Counted from the first letter of the stretch, positions 47,136 through 60,831 are shown. The stretch: DNA of 64,000 bases from Lama guanicoe (GCA_013239625.1 MU054338.1:3123371-3187370), one strand, 5' to 3'. Notes: generated by a model from the letters alone, not told the origin. Translations and numbers: made by a program.

Positions 47136-48619
47136 CACTGGAAATGTGGCTACAGCTACTGAGGAGAAAGTAAACTGTAAATTTTATTCATTTTTAATTA
47201 ATTAAAATGGAAAAGCTGGAGCAATGTAAAGTATTCACCACCACCCAGCCCCAGTTAAACCCAACTTTGTTTTGGTAGGATCAGATTCCATTTAAACCAT
47301 TAAAAGTGTGATGTCTGAATTGAGATCTGAAAAAAAATACATACCAGATCTCGAAGAATTAGTATGAAAAAAAGGATGTAAGGGGCACAGCTGGACTGGA
47401 ACTCAGGCAGCCTGGCTCTAGGTCCTCCAGGCCCCAGCGAGCCTGCGGTCTCCAAAGTGCATCGCCAGGGACTCCAGCTTCCGTGGACCTGGTTCTGTGG
47501 CCGGAGAAACAGCCTAATCTAGTTGTCACTGAGCTAACCCTCGGCAAGTGAGCTCACGGCCCGAGTACTCCTGGAAGACGCTGCCATCATGCAGGCAGGA
47601 GGGAGCAGTAAGAGAAAGGCAAAGCGTATAGTTTCTCCTGTCTCTGACATGAGCTCGCTGGAGGCTAAAACATGGGGTAAAAATGACGACGATTTTCTAT
47701 TCAGGTGGGACCACAAGTCAGCCAAACGTTTCGAAATTAGCAAGATAACCACTTGAAACAGTAGCCATCCCTCTCCAGAGGGACCGTTCTTCCCACCTGC
47801 AGATGGCTCCTGGGGACAGCTGGCCGTGCAGCAACTTAAAAAGAAAACAATCAAACACAGGTTGATACGTACCCTCCAATTTTTAACTGACAAAGTCTGA
47901 AGGAAGGGGCATGAGTTGGGCTAAACATCACGTTCTGTTTCACAAAGTGTTGACTCTGAAAATTCAAGCTCGTACGTAGGATCTGTGTCCCTCTTGGAAT
48001 TCAGGTTATAAAATAAAATTCAGGTCAACAAAATGTTAAAAGGAAAAGAAGTTCACAAACTCCTGACTATGCCACTGGCAGCAATGGGGGAAGCAACTGA
48101 ATTAGCTGCCAACGTTGAACAGAGGAGACTGTGTGAAACTCTGGGATTCCAAATGAAGACAGTCAGCTAGAACAGAGTAGCAATGGCCCTTGCCTGAGGG
48201 CCAGAGGCTGCCCCCTTGACAGGGTGTCCACTTGAGATGAGTCACCTCCAAGGCAGGAGAGAGCAGTCGGTGGGAGCATATGCCCTTGGGGTTCAAATCT
48301 CAGCTGTACCGCTTCCAGGCTGTGACCTGGGACAGGCCACATGCACGTTGGTGCCTCAGTCTCCTCCTCTGTGGGATGGGTACAAGATAAGCCCTCCGTG
48401 TGAGGGCTGCCGGAGCTGCAGTGAGCTCCAGGAATCCACGGTGAAATGTTACAGAGCAGTGCCTGGCCATCGCCTGCCCCCAGCAGACACCTGAGATGGA
48501 GGCCCCTGCGGCAGAGCTCAGGGCTGGGCTTGTGGAGAGCAAACAGAACCAGCCAGACTCAGGATCAGTGAGGCAAGACCGCCCCTGCCTGCACTCCTGG
48601 CAAGTTATCTGCAGTCACA

Positions 48620-48740
48620 GGTATAGCTCAGTGGTAGAGTGCCTGCTGAGCATGCACGTGGTCCTGGGTTCAACCCCCAGCACCTTCACTAAGAAAGAAA
48701 TAAACCAAATTACCTAGATCCCCCCAAAAATAAAAATAAA
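48620..48740 (+). mobile_element. tRNA-derived SINE
   Basis: GTATAGCTCAGTGGTAGAGTGCCTGCTGAGCATGCACGTGGTCCTGGGTTCAA. Confidence 0.85.
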
Positions 48741-51700
48741 TCATAAAGTCACACAGTGTTTCTTGTCCACAACCTGCTAGAGGCCTGAGCCCTGACTTAG
48801 TGACCACACCAGCTCTGCCCCCCTTCCCTGGCGTTTCCCCTGTGCACTCAATCTGCCCTGCCCGGCAGCCACCCTAACCTTCTGGAAATCCTGCCCCACC
48901 TTCTAAGGCCGCCAGGACAAAGTCCACTCCGAACCTGACCCTGGGCGCCAGGGATGGGGCGGGGAGCACCCACAGCGGTGGGGGACCCGCTCCGCCACCT
49001 GCCAGCTTGTGGGGTCTGTTTCTCAGCCTCAGTCTCCTCGCGTGTAAAACCAGCAGGAAAGTGGTGGTCGCCATGAGCGAGAACTCAGTGTAACAGTGTA
49101 ATAAAGCATAAGGATCATCAATAAATACCAGCTGACTTTTTTTTCTCTTCCTCTTTTTCGCCTGGAACATGCCCACCCCTCCTCTCCTGTTCTCGCACGG
49201 CCCTGCCCACACTCTAGGGTAGTCTCTTCCTGCACGGAGTGAATGTTTCTTGAGCACCTACTATGTGCCAAGAGCTGTCCTAGGTGCTGCTGCAGACCCC
49301 TGCCCTCTCGGAGCTCACAGTCTGGTTGGGGGAGATCAGGGATAAATGACAAAAGAATTCCTTGCAGAGAATGGAAAAAGCCAGCAAGGAAATGAGCCAT
49401 GGTGGGGGAGGGAGGCGAGGACTGGGGGAAAGACTCCTGAGGACTGGAGATAAAGGGAGGCCTCTGGGAGGAAATGACACTGAAGCCGAGACCTGAAGGA
49501 AGTGAGGAAGCAGATCAGGTGCAGATCTGGGGGAAGGGAGTTTCAGGTGGAGGGCACAGCACATGCAAAGGCCCTGGGGCAGGACCATGTCTGGTGTGTT
49601 TGAGGAACAACCAGGAGGCCTGTGTGTCTGAAGCAGAGTGAGTGAGGGGGAGAGAGGGAGGAGGGGAGGGCAGGGACGGGTCACGCAGGGCCTTGTGGGT
49701 GGCAGGGAGGAGGGAGCCCTGGAAGCTGAGGGCAGAGCTGGGAGGGGACATGACTCAGGTGCTCACAAAAGCCCTCCGGCTGCTACAGGGAGGGCACACT
49801 GTATGGGGAATGGTGAGGGTAGTGGAGGGGGTGAGGGGAGCCAGGTGGAGGTGACCAGGACCACGGCCAGACCAGGTAGTGGCCTCCAGGAGGGAGACCC
49901 AGTGGCTGGATGTGTGGATAGTTTGGAGACATCGGAGGGGAACAGGAGGCAAGAAGGATTCCTGGGCATTTGGCCTGAATGCAAGAGATGCGGAGGATGT
50001 AAGAGGATCCGGTTTGGGGTCAGGGGGAGAAATCAAGAATTGTTTTAGGATGAGTCTTCTAATCAAGTCCTCCCTGAAGCACCCCCATCCCCTCCCTGCC
50101 CTCATCTACTCCCACTCTCTCCCTCTCCCTCCCTCTGATCCAGCCACACTGTTCCTTAAACACACCATGCTTGAGCTGGCCTCAGGGCCTTTGCACTGGC
50201 TGTTCCCTCAGTCTAGAATACTCTTCCCCAGAGACCCACACTGCTGCTCCCTTGCCTCCTTCAGATGTCTGCTCGAATGTCACCTCCTCACCAAGGTCAA
50301 CCTTGGCCACCCTGCTGAAAACTGAAGCCCATCCCCCCATCACCCTGCTTTACTTTTCTCCTTTCAACTTCCCACCACCTGACATGATCGATTTTACCTA
50401 TCTACTTTGTTGACTCCGCATTGCTTCCTACCAGAGGCAGCACCACTAAAACAGGGATGTTCGTCTGCCTTGTTCACAGCTGTATCACTGGGGGCCGGCA
50501 CACAGTAGGTGTACTTACATAAGTAAATAAGTATACCTTATAGATAAATACTGACTGGTTGAATAAATCATTGAGTGCACAGAATAGCGCCTGGCACACA
50601 GTAGGTGTCCAATAAATGTTTCTTGCTTGAATCTTCCCTCCCCAACAAGACAGTGTCATCTGCTCCCACCAGGACTGGCACATAATAGGGGCACAATCCA
50701 CTCCTTTTGGTGAATTAAGAAATGTAACAATGAGACACAGAACCCAAAGTGTATAGCAAAGCTTGTCTCTGAAAAACGTGGAGGAGACTTCAGGGGCATT
50801 TATTCAATAAGCGTTTACTGAGCCCCTGCTGTGTACCCAGCACTGTACAAAGAACAATACTACGAGTTAAGGCTATTTTGACTGACTGTCTGTTTATCAC
50901 TGGGAAAGGGAGACACAGAGAGGTAGAGTGACTTGCCTGGGATCACACAGGTAGAAAGTTAAGGGGCAGGAATTTAAACCAGGCAGCCCGGCTGCAGGGC
51001 CTCATGCCTTTACTCACTGAGCACCTACTATGTGCAGCCCCCTTCCCACATCTGGGTCTGAGGAAACCTGAAGCCTGGCCAATGGGGAAAGTATCGGATC
51101 TCTGCCCTCTGCATTCGGCACACACTGCTGTGACCAGTCACACTTTTTGCTCATGGTGGCTCCATGAGGACACTATTTGGCCCTACTGTGTGCCCAGCAT
51201 ACTGAACAGTGTCTCCTGGCACACAGCAGGTGCTCCATAAATGTCTATTGAAGAATGAATAAATGGCCCTTATTGGGAGGAGGACGCAGAGGCCCAAGCA
51301 GGTTCTGAAGGCTGTCGTACCCAGCCACCCTCTCCCAAACTCTGGAACCCAGACTTCAGGTTGGGTCACGCTGTGGTGCCCCCTCCCCCAAACCCCTGCC
51401 TCAGCGGCAGAGAGAGGTCATTAAAGAAGGCCTGGGGCCACCTGGGCTGTGAGTGACACCAAGGGCCAGTACCGGGCGGACCTGGATGGGCTCCTGGGCG
51501 GGTACCAACCAACCGGTCCCCCCAGGGGAAGGGATGGGGAGTTGGGGGCGCCGAAGATTCCCGGAGACCCATTTCAGCTGAAGGATGGGGGAGGGAAGCG
51601 TGCTCCCACAGTGGGAGGCGGGTCCCGGAAGCCCCTGGAAAAAGTCAGATTCGGGACCCTGGAGGGTTTGTGGGGTGGAGTAATGGGGCGGTGATCAACC

Positions 51701-51879
51701 GCGGGGCAGGAGGATCAGGGGCTGGGGCAGAGAGAACGCCCAGTTTGGGGAAATCAGAAACTTGGAAGAGGAAAAGTGTGTTGCGGAGTAATCCGAGGTG
51801 TTGGGGAGGCGGGTAATCCGGCGTGTTGGGGAAGAGGGGTGGGGTGCAAGGACTTGGGCCAGGAAGGGGGACTGGAGCG

Positions 51880-52340
51880 TTGAGGGGGACACTGAACACG
51901 CGGCGCGAGGGGCCAGAAGCTCCAAGTGGGGACGGCTGGCGCCGGGTCCCCTGCAGGCGCGCGGGGCTCTCCCGCCCCTCCCGAGCCGGCCCTCGCCCCT
52001 TCCTCACCTACCAGGGATCCCAGGAGCGGCCGGCCGCGCCGCTCGAGTCCGCGGGGCTGGGGCTGGCGGCCACACGGCCCGGCGGCGGTGCCCGCGGATG
52101 CCGAGCGCCGAGGGCGCGCGGCTCGGTCCAGGCGCGCGCTCTCCGCCCGCCCCTTCCGCGTCCGGCGGGGCGGGAGGAAGGAGGTGAGATCACGCTTTCC
52201 CAGCGGGGCGGGAAAGTCCCCGGGGCGCCCCGAGGCGCCGTCCCTCCCTCCGCCCGCTGCCACATCGGGCGCGTCTGGTCACCTCCGGTGCGCCCGGGCG
52301 CTGGGGACCACGACGGGGCTGAAGAGGGACGAAGCCCTGC
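51880..52340 (-). promoter_or_regulatory. TICAM1 CpG-island promoter with canonical NF-kB site
   Basis: GGGACTTTCC on the minus strand (52211-52220); GC boxes at ~52143-52172. Confidence 0.8.
52008..52135 (-). other. TICAM1: TICAM1 non-coding exon 1 (5' end approximate)
   Basis: Lies in a CpG island; donor TAG|GTGAGG at 52008/52007; GC boxes and a kB site immediately upstream. Confidence 0.7.
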
Positions 52341-52809
52341 CCTCAGGGGCCCACAGTCTAGTGAGAAAGAACCACTATTTTCAAATTAGTTCATCTCGAT
52401 TAGTAATTAACTAATTTTTCCAGGAAATCGAACAGAGGGGATGGGCTAATTGCGGGGGGAGTGGCGGGGTGGAACAGGGGCCGGAATCAGGGAGGGATCT
52501 GGGGACGCCCATAAGGTTGGACGAGGGCAAGATGGCATATCTTAAAGTTGCAAACACGACGTTTTAAAATTAAAAGGGATCAAAAAAAAATATATATATA
52601 TAAAATTCACAGGGGTCCTAACCTTTTAGGGATCCTGGACCATTGGGCATAGTTAAGCCGCGGTACTCCGAGGCCATCATGCTTTTAGGAGTCCAGGAAA
52701 TTTTTTCATTTCTTTCAAAATCAGAAAGAAAAAAATACTATATATTAAATAAATAAAAATAAAAATAAATATAATCCAGGGGTTGTAAAGTATAATCTTG
52801 GGGAGTTTT

Positions 52810-53085
52810 TGGAGGGGGTGGATTAGGTTTATTTATTTATTTTTAGAGGAGGTACCGAGGATTGAACCCAGGACCTCCTGCAAGCTAAGCAGGACCTCCT
52901 ACATGTGCGCTCTACTGTTTAAGCTATATCCTCCCCCGGCCCCTTTTTTTTAAATGGAGGAAGGGGCCCACAAAAATTATAATGCCTTTAGTGGGAGGGT
53001 ATAGCTCAGTAGTAGAATGCGTGCCCCGTATGCATGAGATCCTGGGTTTAGTCCCTAGAACCACCGTTTTAAAAAAAGAAAAAAG
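52810..53085. mobile_element. Head-to-head pair of tRNA-derived SINEs (52810-52937 minus; 52992-53085 plus)
   Basis: Two SINE heads in opposite orientation about 55 bp apart. Confidence 0.8.
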
Positions 53086-53244
53086 TCATACTGCCTTTGA
53101 CCAGGTCCCTTCCTCAGTCTGGAGAAGGCCCCAAACCTCTTGCCTAAGTACCATCTGTTTGATGCATAAAACCCAATACAGGAGGTTGTAAGGAAGTCCC
53201 TTATGTTGAAATACATTTATTAAAATGTTTTTTGATAACAACTT

Positions 53245-53680
53245 AGTGATCCATCCTTGGATGAATGGGTAAATAAAATGTGGTCCACCCACACGGTGGA
53301 ATATTACTCAGCCTTTAAAAGGAAGGAAATTCTGGCATGCAACAACGTGAATGAACCTTGAAAACATTAAGCTCAGTGAGAAAAGCCAGACATGGAAGAT
53401 CAAATACTATATAATTCCACTCGCAGGAGGTCCCTAGAGGAGTCAAATTCATAGAGAAAGAAAGTAGGATGGTGGGGGCCAGGGACTCGGGGACGGGTGG
53501 GCAGTCAGTGTTTAATGGGGACAGAGTTTCAGTTTGGGATGATGAGAAAGTCCTGGAGATGGATGGTGGGAATGGTTGCACAAAAACTTGAATGTACTAA
53601 ATGCCACTGAACTGTACATGTAAGAACGATTTAAAAAGGTAAGTGTTATGTTAAGTACATTTTACTACAATAAAAAAATC
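53245..53680 (+). mobile_element. Old L1M 3' end
   Basis: GGAATATTACTCAGCCTTTAAAAGGAAGGAAATTCTG...TTTTACTACAATAAAAAAA. Confidence 0.85.
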
Positions 53681-56160
53681 TTTTTCAAAGACGTGCCAGA
53701 CAATCAGTTCAAAACGACTTTTGAAATGGAGCTACACTGAAACAAACAGAGCTTAGGGTTCTCCGTCTGTGTGTAGCACCACGTTAACTAACAAGATCTA
53801 ATAACCAGAGTGACTTTGCAATAATAAAGAGTGTACTGGCCGTATTTTGAGCCACCTGCAGCAGTGTGATCTGATATGGAAATGTCTGTGGTTTTCTACT
53901 GGCGACAAAGCCACAGGTCCATTCATAATTGAGGAAATGGTAAATATCAGAGTCAGTGAAAATAAGATGTGGGGGGTTTTCCCCATTGGTTCACGGACAC
54001 CCTGAATTCCATCATTAGGTTTCCCAAGAGGTGCGTGGATCCTAAGTCAAAGTGAAAGGTTCTTAGGAGGGAAATGCAAATAAAAGTTATATGGATGCTA
54101 AGTTTCCCCCAACTCCCCCTACACATCACTTAGTTACTATCTCCTGTGAGGGAGAAATTTTACTGAATGCCTGTGTGTGCCAGGCATGGCAAGGCTCTGG
54201 AGATACATCAGTGAGGAAGAAAGAAGTGGTCCCTGCCTTTGGGGCCTCCTGAGCTGCAGGGGGAGAGGGCATTAAACCCATCTTCCCATGCCTCTTCCCC
54301 CAATACCCATCAACAATTTTTGAAGCATTCATTAGGTGCCTGACTCCACACCAAACACACATCTTGCTGGTCTTCTAATCCATGTCTTAAAACAACCCTT
54401 CCAGGTAGGTTTGCACGTGCCCATTTTATAGATGAGAAAACTGAGGCTCAGAGAAGGTAACACAGCTGGAGCATCCCAGCTTCCAGGGGAAACCACGGGC
54501 TGCAGGTGGACAAATCTGACCACCTGCAGACAGGTATGGTTGTACCCCCACCCTTCTTCAAGGAAAGAAAGAAAATGTTCCAGTTGAGGTCCTTGTTCGT
54601 ATTCAGTTTCTCACCCTCCTGCTCTGGGGGTGGGGGCTGGACCTCCACTTGGGAGCTCATTCATTCTGCTTTCTACTTTCACACACATATACACATGTCC
54701 GTGAATATGGTATTTAGTATTCTTGGTGTGGTTTTGCTTTTTCATTCAAATTGGCCAGAAGTCAGCAAACTGTTTTTCTGTAAAGGACCAGATAGTAAAT
54801 ATTATCCATCTTATGGACCATAGTGTCTTTTTATTTTTTTGGCTGTACAATAACCGTGTGTTTTATTTCCTCTGCTCTGTGGTTTTCAATTTCAATAGTA
54901 GCCTCTATATGACGTAAAAATTACTCAAATACCTCAACTTTGATTTAGATGAAGATATCAAACAATTTCGGGCCATAGTGTCTTTATTACAACTACCTGA
55001 TGCTCCTGTTGTAGCCCGAAAGCAGTTGCAGGTGATACGTCAACAAATGGGTGTGGCTGTGTGTCAATAAAGCTTTATTTACAAAACCAGGTGGCAGGCC
55101 AGGCAGTGGCCATAGTTTGCTGACTCCAGACCAAGTATTGATATTTAGCTTTATTCTGTGGACGATGTCTCCAATATGTTTCCAAGCCAATAGATATAGC
55201 CCAATCTTGTTCTTTTTAAATGTGTTAGGGGCTCATTACGCATGTCTGTATCACAGTTTGTTGAGTCCCCTGTCACTGGACATGCTGGTTGCTTCCACTA
55301 TCCCCCCAAACAGGCATCGACACTTGATAAGTTGGTGGTTATGAACACAGTGTGAGGGGAGGTCTGAGGGCCGGGTTCAAATTCTTGCTCTGACACTGAC
55401 TAGCTGTGAGGTGGGGCCATTGAGTCCTGCCTCAGTTTCCCTCCCTTGTGGGGTTGACAGCATTTCTCTAGGGTGGCCGCAGAGGAAGGAAACTTCTGGA
55501 ATTTCTCAGACGTGGAGAAAATACATTCCCACTCTTACTAAACACTGCCGGCTTGTTGTCCAAAATAGTGTCTCTGTTTGCACTCTTACAGGAACTGAAC
55601 AAAAAGGCTCACTTCCCCACCACCACAGCCTGTTACTTTCTCTTTCTTAATTTGTGTTGAAGTGTAATTCGTAGGCACCAAAGCAGATCAAGCTTCAGCC
55701 GACAATTCAGTGGGGTTTGCTCATGTACACGCTCCCAGTAGCCAACGGAGGCATTTCCAGCCCCTAGAAACCCCTGTGGACCCCTTCTCTATCCCTACCC
55801 ACCAGGCAACCACTCTTTTGGTTTCTCTCGTCACACTTTTGATTTTGAAACTTCATCAAAACAGAATTCTATTTTGTGTGGCTGCTTTTGCGTCTGTCTT
55901 CTTTCACTCAACATCATGTCTGTAAGTTTCAGCCACATTTTTGTGACTATCAGGAATTTATCCTTGTTCGGTGCTGCATAGTATTCCACGGTGTGAATCT
56001 ACTCCCAGCTTATTTACCTGTTCTTTTCTTGATGCACACTTGGGTTGTTTCCAGTTTCGGGCTGTTAATAAACACTTGGGGGCAAGTCTTCTCACAGTCA
56101 GCTGGGGTATAAACCCAGGAGTCAGACTATCCTGGCAGCAGGTGTCCTGTGTTGCTTTTT

Positions 56161-56670
56161 TTTGTTTGTTTGCTTTTTTTTTTGAGGGGTGGGGAGGTAT
56201 TTAGATTTGTTTGTTTATTTATTTATTTATTTATTTAATGGAGGTACCAGGGATTGAACCCAGGACCTTGTGCGTGCTAGGCACATACTCTACCACTGAG
56301 TTATACCCTCCTTCCAAAATTTCCTTGTTTTAAAAAAAACTTTACACTTTTAAATGATAATTTTTCATTACTATTTTATTATTTATTTGCTCTGTAGAGA
56401 TATATAGATATAGGTATAGATTTTTTTTTTTTGCAGGGAGGAGGTAATTAGGTTTATTTATTTAGTTAGTTTTTTGATGGAGGTACTGAGGATTGAACCC
56501 AGGACCTCATGCATGCTAAGCATGCACTCTACCACTTGGGCTACATCCTCCCCACGATATATTTTATTTTTATTTCATTATTATTATTTTTTGATGGAGG
56601 TACTGGGAATAGAACCCAGGACCTCATGCATGCTGAGCGTGTGCTCTACCACTGAGCTGTGCCCACCTCC
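56161..56670 (-). mobile_element. Cluster of three same-orientation SINEs
   Basis: Heads ending near 56313, 56553 and 56670; the cluster is bracketed by CCTGTGTTGC(C)TTTTT. Confidence 0.88.
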
Positions 56671-57340
56671 CTGTGTTGCCTTTTTAAATAAGACTTTGTA
56701 AATCCTTGCCCATCAGACCCAGAGTCCCCAGAAGAAGCTGACATTGCCATGCCCTTGCTAATGAGAAAGCATGAAGGGTCATTTAGCTCTCTAGTCAGGG
56801 GTTCAGGGAGACCCCAAATTCTCACTCACACCTGCACCTCTTTGGGGACAGACACCGCGCAAGTCCATCCCATACTCCAGCACCAAACGTTTGCTTCCCT
56901 GCCCCCAAACAGCAATTGTTATCCTCTGCTGGACACGCGGCTTAATAATCTCGTTTGCGGTTCCGGAAGCAAAACACATTGCATCCTCTACATACTGGGC
57001 AAAAAAATTAAGTCTAAGCAGAGAAATGTAACAGGAGGAAGTCCAGTGCAGTGGGTTCAAGCTTTTCCTGTAAATAGTAAATGTTCTCAACTTTCTGGGA
57101 TACAGGAGGGTTCTGCTGTGTATCTTTGTTTGCTTTAAAACCCTTTAAAAATGTAAGCTATTCTTAGCTCACGAGCCATGCCAACAAACAAACAACTCTT
57201 TGGGTGCTCTCTGGCCCTTAGGCCACAGTTTGCAGACTTTTAGTCTAAATTATTTTAGCACAGTGCATGACACACAGCCAAGTATTCATTATTAAGTGTC
57301 GAGAAACGGGTTTTCTGTGGCATCTAATTTTGAATTTGTA

Positions 57341-57482
57341 GGGGAGGGTACAGCTCAGTGGAAGAGTGCATGCTTAGCATGCATGAAGTCCTAGGTTCAA
57401 TCCCTGTTACCTCGACTAAAAATAATAAATAAATAAACCTAATTACCGCCCCTCCCCAAAATAAAAGTAAAATAAAATAAAA
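57341..57482 (+). mobile_element. tRNA-derived SINE (long form) with 16-bp TSD
   Basis: TAATTTTGAATTTGTA at 57325-57340 and 57483-57498. Confidence 0.92.
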
Positions 57483-57534
57483 TAATTTTGAATTTGTAAT
57501 TGCTTGTTCTTTTTCTATTTCCCCTAAATGTTTA

Positions 57535-57850
57535 ATCTTTTTTAACATAATTGACATATACCATAGTTTTAGGTGTACAACATAACAGTTTGATGTATGT
57601 ATATATTGTGAAATGATCGTCACAATAAGTCCAGTTAATACCCATCACCTCACATAGCTAACAAATGTTTCTTTTCTTACGGTGAGAAGTTTTGAGACCT
57701 ACTCTCTTAGCAACTTCCAAATACACAGCACAGTATTGTTGACTATGGTCACTATGTTGTACATTACAACCCCAGACTCGTTCATCTTATAACTGGAAAT
57801 TTGTAGCTTTCCACCACCATCACCCATTTTACCCATTCCCACCCCAAATG
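57535..57850 (-). mobile_element. L1MA-like 3' end
   Basis: TTTAGGTGTACAACATAA...CCCATCACCTCACATAG...CTTATAACTGGAAATTTGTA. Confidence 0.8.
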
Positions 57851-58528
57851 TTTAATCTTCAAATCCAACAAAAATGGACACGCCCAATTTTAACCATCCA
57901 CTCGATGTATGTCCAACATGTGCTATGCAACAAGTGAAAACGGGAGTCCTGAGAGCAAAAGGCAACTTGCCAGCCTTTCTATCCACCAGGCAAAGGATAT
58001 ACTATTTGTGCCCATTTTATAGATATGGAAACTGAGGCTCAGAGAGCCATGTCCCATGGAAAGGGGCAGAGCTGGAATTTCAGCCCGGACTGATTTCAGT
58101 TCCACACCTGCTGCCTTGTCAATCTCCCCATGCCAGGCTGGGCTCCTCCCATCTGTGATTTCTGAACAAATTTCTGGAGTGAGCTGAGCCAGTGAAAGGA
58201 GCATGCAAGGGCAATCCCAGACGGTCCAGCCCCTGACAGGGGGAGACCAGCATGAGCTTAAAGCCACTCAGAGACCTCTTGACCCCCAGGAAAAGGTCAA
58301 GGTCAAGGTATTGGCGAAACCAGTCTTGCCATCCCCTGTATCTGCCCTTCCTCCCTCCAAACCAGCAAGCTGGTTCCCCCTACCTGTGCCCCCACCACAA
58401 TTAGACAAATCAAAGGTTCAGACTTTGCAAAAGAGAAGACCCTGCCTCTTCCCACCCCACTCTTTAAGACAGAGTGGATTTCCCCAGGGCTACTGATGTT
58501 ATTTATTTTATTAAGTAAAGAAAAGCCT

Positions 58529-58689
58529 ACTGTACAGCACAGGGAGCATTCATAGCTTGTAATAACCTATAATGGAAAAGAATATGAAAAAGAATGTATA
58601 TATGCATAACTGAATCACTTTGCTGTACACCAGAAACTAACACAACATTGTAACTCCACTGTGTTTCAATAATTTTTTTTAATTATAAA
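58529..58689 (+). mobile_element. Short L1 3'-end insertion with 12-bp TSD
   Basis: AAAGAAAAGCCT at 58517-58528 and 58690-58701; body matches 24895-25035. Confidence 0.88.
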
Positions 58690-59924
58690 AAAGAAAAGCC
58701 TGCACTCTCTCATCTGTCTTTAAAGGAACAGGCACAAGAGTAGACTGGGTACTACCCGTGAAGAATAAACAAATCTCTAATTACATCACAGTTGACTTTA
58801 GGAGGTAATGTCAGAAAATATGTTTACAAGCCACCAGGTTAGGGCTCACTTGTTACACAGCAATAGCTGACTAATGCACTATATTTTGCAGCTGGGAGCA
58901 ATGCAGGTCCAGAGCAGGGAACCTTGGCAGCCCAGCTCCTCCAGCAAGTTGGGGTGTGTGCAGAATGCAGGGACCCTCTAGGGCTCTGGGGCCGGCCTGC
59001 CTGGGTTGAGGCCCAGGTCCACCACTTACTGGCTGGGATACTTTGAGCAAGTTATTTGACTTCTACCTGACTCAGTGCCCCCCATCTATAAAATGGGAAG
59101 ATTAGTTTTATCTACCCCAGAGGGTTGAGATGAGGGGGGAGCTAACATCCACCACCTGGGTCGGGATGGTACCCAATGCAAGCTCAGCATCATTAGGGAC
59201 AAAACCAGATTTGCTCCCAGACATGTTAACAGCAACCTAACACCTACTTTGGGGAACCTCTGACTTATTTAAGCACACGAGTTTGGGATGAAACCAGCTA
59301 ACTCGGTGGTTCCCATCCAGGGGTGATCCTGCTCCCAGGGGACACTGGGTGATGACTGCGGGGTCCTCCTGGCATTGAGTGGGTGGAGCCAGGGATGCTG
59401 TTCCACACCTCCAGTGCCCAGGATGGACCCACCCGCAGAGAAAGGCCCAGCCTCAAATGTCCACAGCGCCATGGGGAAAGACCTGGGATTCTGCATTACA
59501 ACTGCACTGAGCCAGATCTCATGATAACACTGAGGGCTAGAGAGACAATGGCTCTCCCTAGGGCCACACAGGAGGGACTAGGAGATGACCAGCGGACCCA
59601 CGTCCCATCACCAAGCAGGAGTTGGGCGTTGCTGGGCCAGCACAGGACGTCCCGCCCTCGGGAATGTGTAGTAAACAGGAAAAAGCGTAAAGCGGGGATT
59701 CCCAGCCTGCAGGGTTGAGACGATCAAAAGGTTTGTGTGTGAAGCGAGCGGAGCCGACCAGAGCCATGTGAATACCGTGAGAGGCTCCGGGCCGAGTGTT
59801 TCCTCTGAGTAAACACGAGCGCAGCAGTGGGAACACGGCCAGGGACAGACATGGACAGAAAGTTAGGAAACCCCGAGCTGGGTTCTGTTCAGGCAAACTT
59901 GAACTCCTTGCGCCCAGAACGAAT

Positions 59925-60400
59925 TCCCTGCCGCTGCTGTAACAAGTGACCACCAACACAGAGGCTGCAAACACCGCACACGCATCGTCCGATCGTTCTG
60001 GAGGTCAGGAGTCTCAAGTGAGTCTTACAGGGCTAAAATCCAGGTGTGGGCAAGGGCAGGGCTGGTCTTTCCAGAGCCTTTGATGTGGGTGGGGAGTGGG
60101 CTCTGTTCCCTGCCTTTTCCAGTTTCTAAAGGCTGCTGCGTTCCCGGGCTGGCGGCCCCTTCCTCCATCCTCACAGCCAGCAGTGCAGCCTTTTCCTGTC
60201 CCAGATTCTGACTCTGCTCCCTTTCCAACCCTCCCGCTTCCCTCCCACGAGAACCCTAGTGATGAGGGTCACCCAGACAGCCCAGGACCACCTCCTCATC
60301 TCTAGATCCTTAATCAAATCCCATCTGCAAAGTCCCCTTTGCCACATGAGGGAACACAGTCACAGGGCCCAGGGACAGGTCCTGGAAGTGTCCGAGGCTC
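59925..60400 (-). mobile_element. MLT1-type LTR
   Basis: GCTGCTGTAACAAGTGACCAC...TTCTGGAGGTCAG...CATCTGCAAAGTCCCCTTTGCCA. Confidence 0.75.
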
Positions 60401-60825
60401 AGCCTGCCACACGGTTTCCCAGCATGTCTGGAAAGGCCCAGAACAGGAAAAGCAGCAGGCTCCTCCCCTCCGCTGGATGCCCAGGATGGGACACAGCGGG
60501 TGAGACTCCAGCACATGGGGCGGGGGGAGATGAGAGACCCCCACAGCCTGCTCCTCTCCAGGCCAAGCAAGTGTGCTGAGTGCATCGCCGACAACCCAGA
60601 CGGACTTGTGCGAGGCACTGGGCGCTGACCTTCAGGCTCAGTGGCAGGTCCAGCCCTGATCCGTTCACTCCCTTGGGAACCAACCAAAGAAGGGGCCAAG
60701 AAGGCCACACAGAGACCCCACAGTTGCTCAGCTGCTGGGAAAAACACAAAAATGAACGTCCCCCTCCAACACACACACACACGTGCACACATATATACAC
60801 GGCCTACACTTAGCTGCAGGTAAAA

Positions 60826-60831
60826 TTTATT
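60826..60831 (-). terminator. PLIN3 polyadenylation signal
   Basis: AATAAA on the minus strand followed by a GU-rich tract (60770-60790). Confidence 0.75.
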
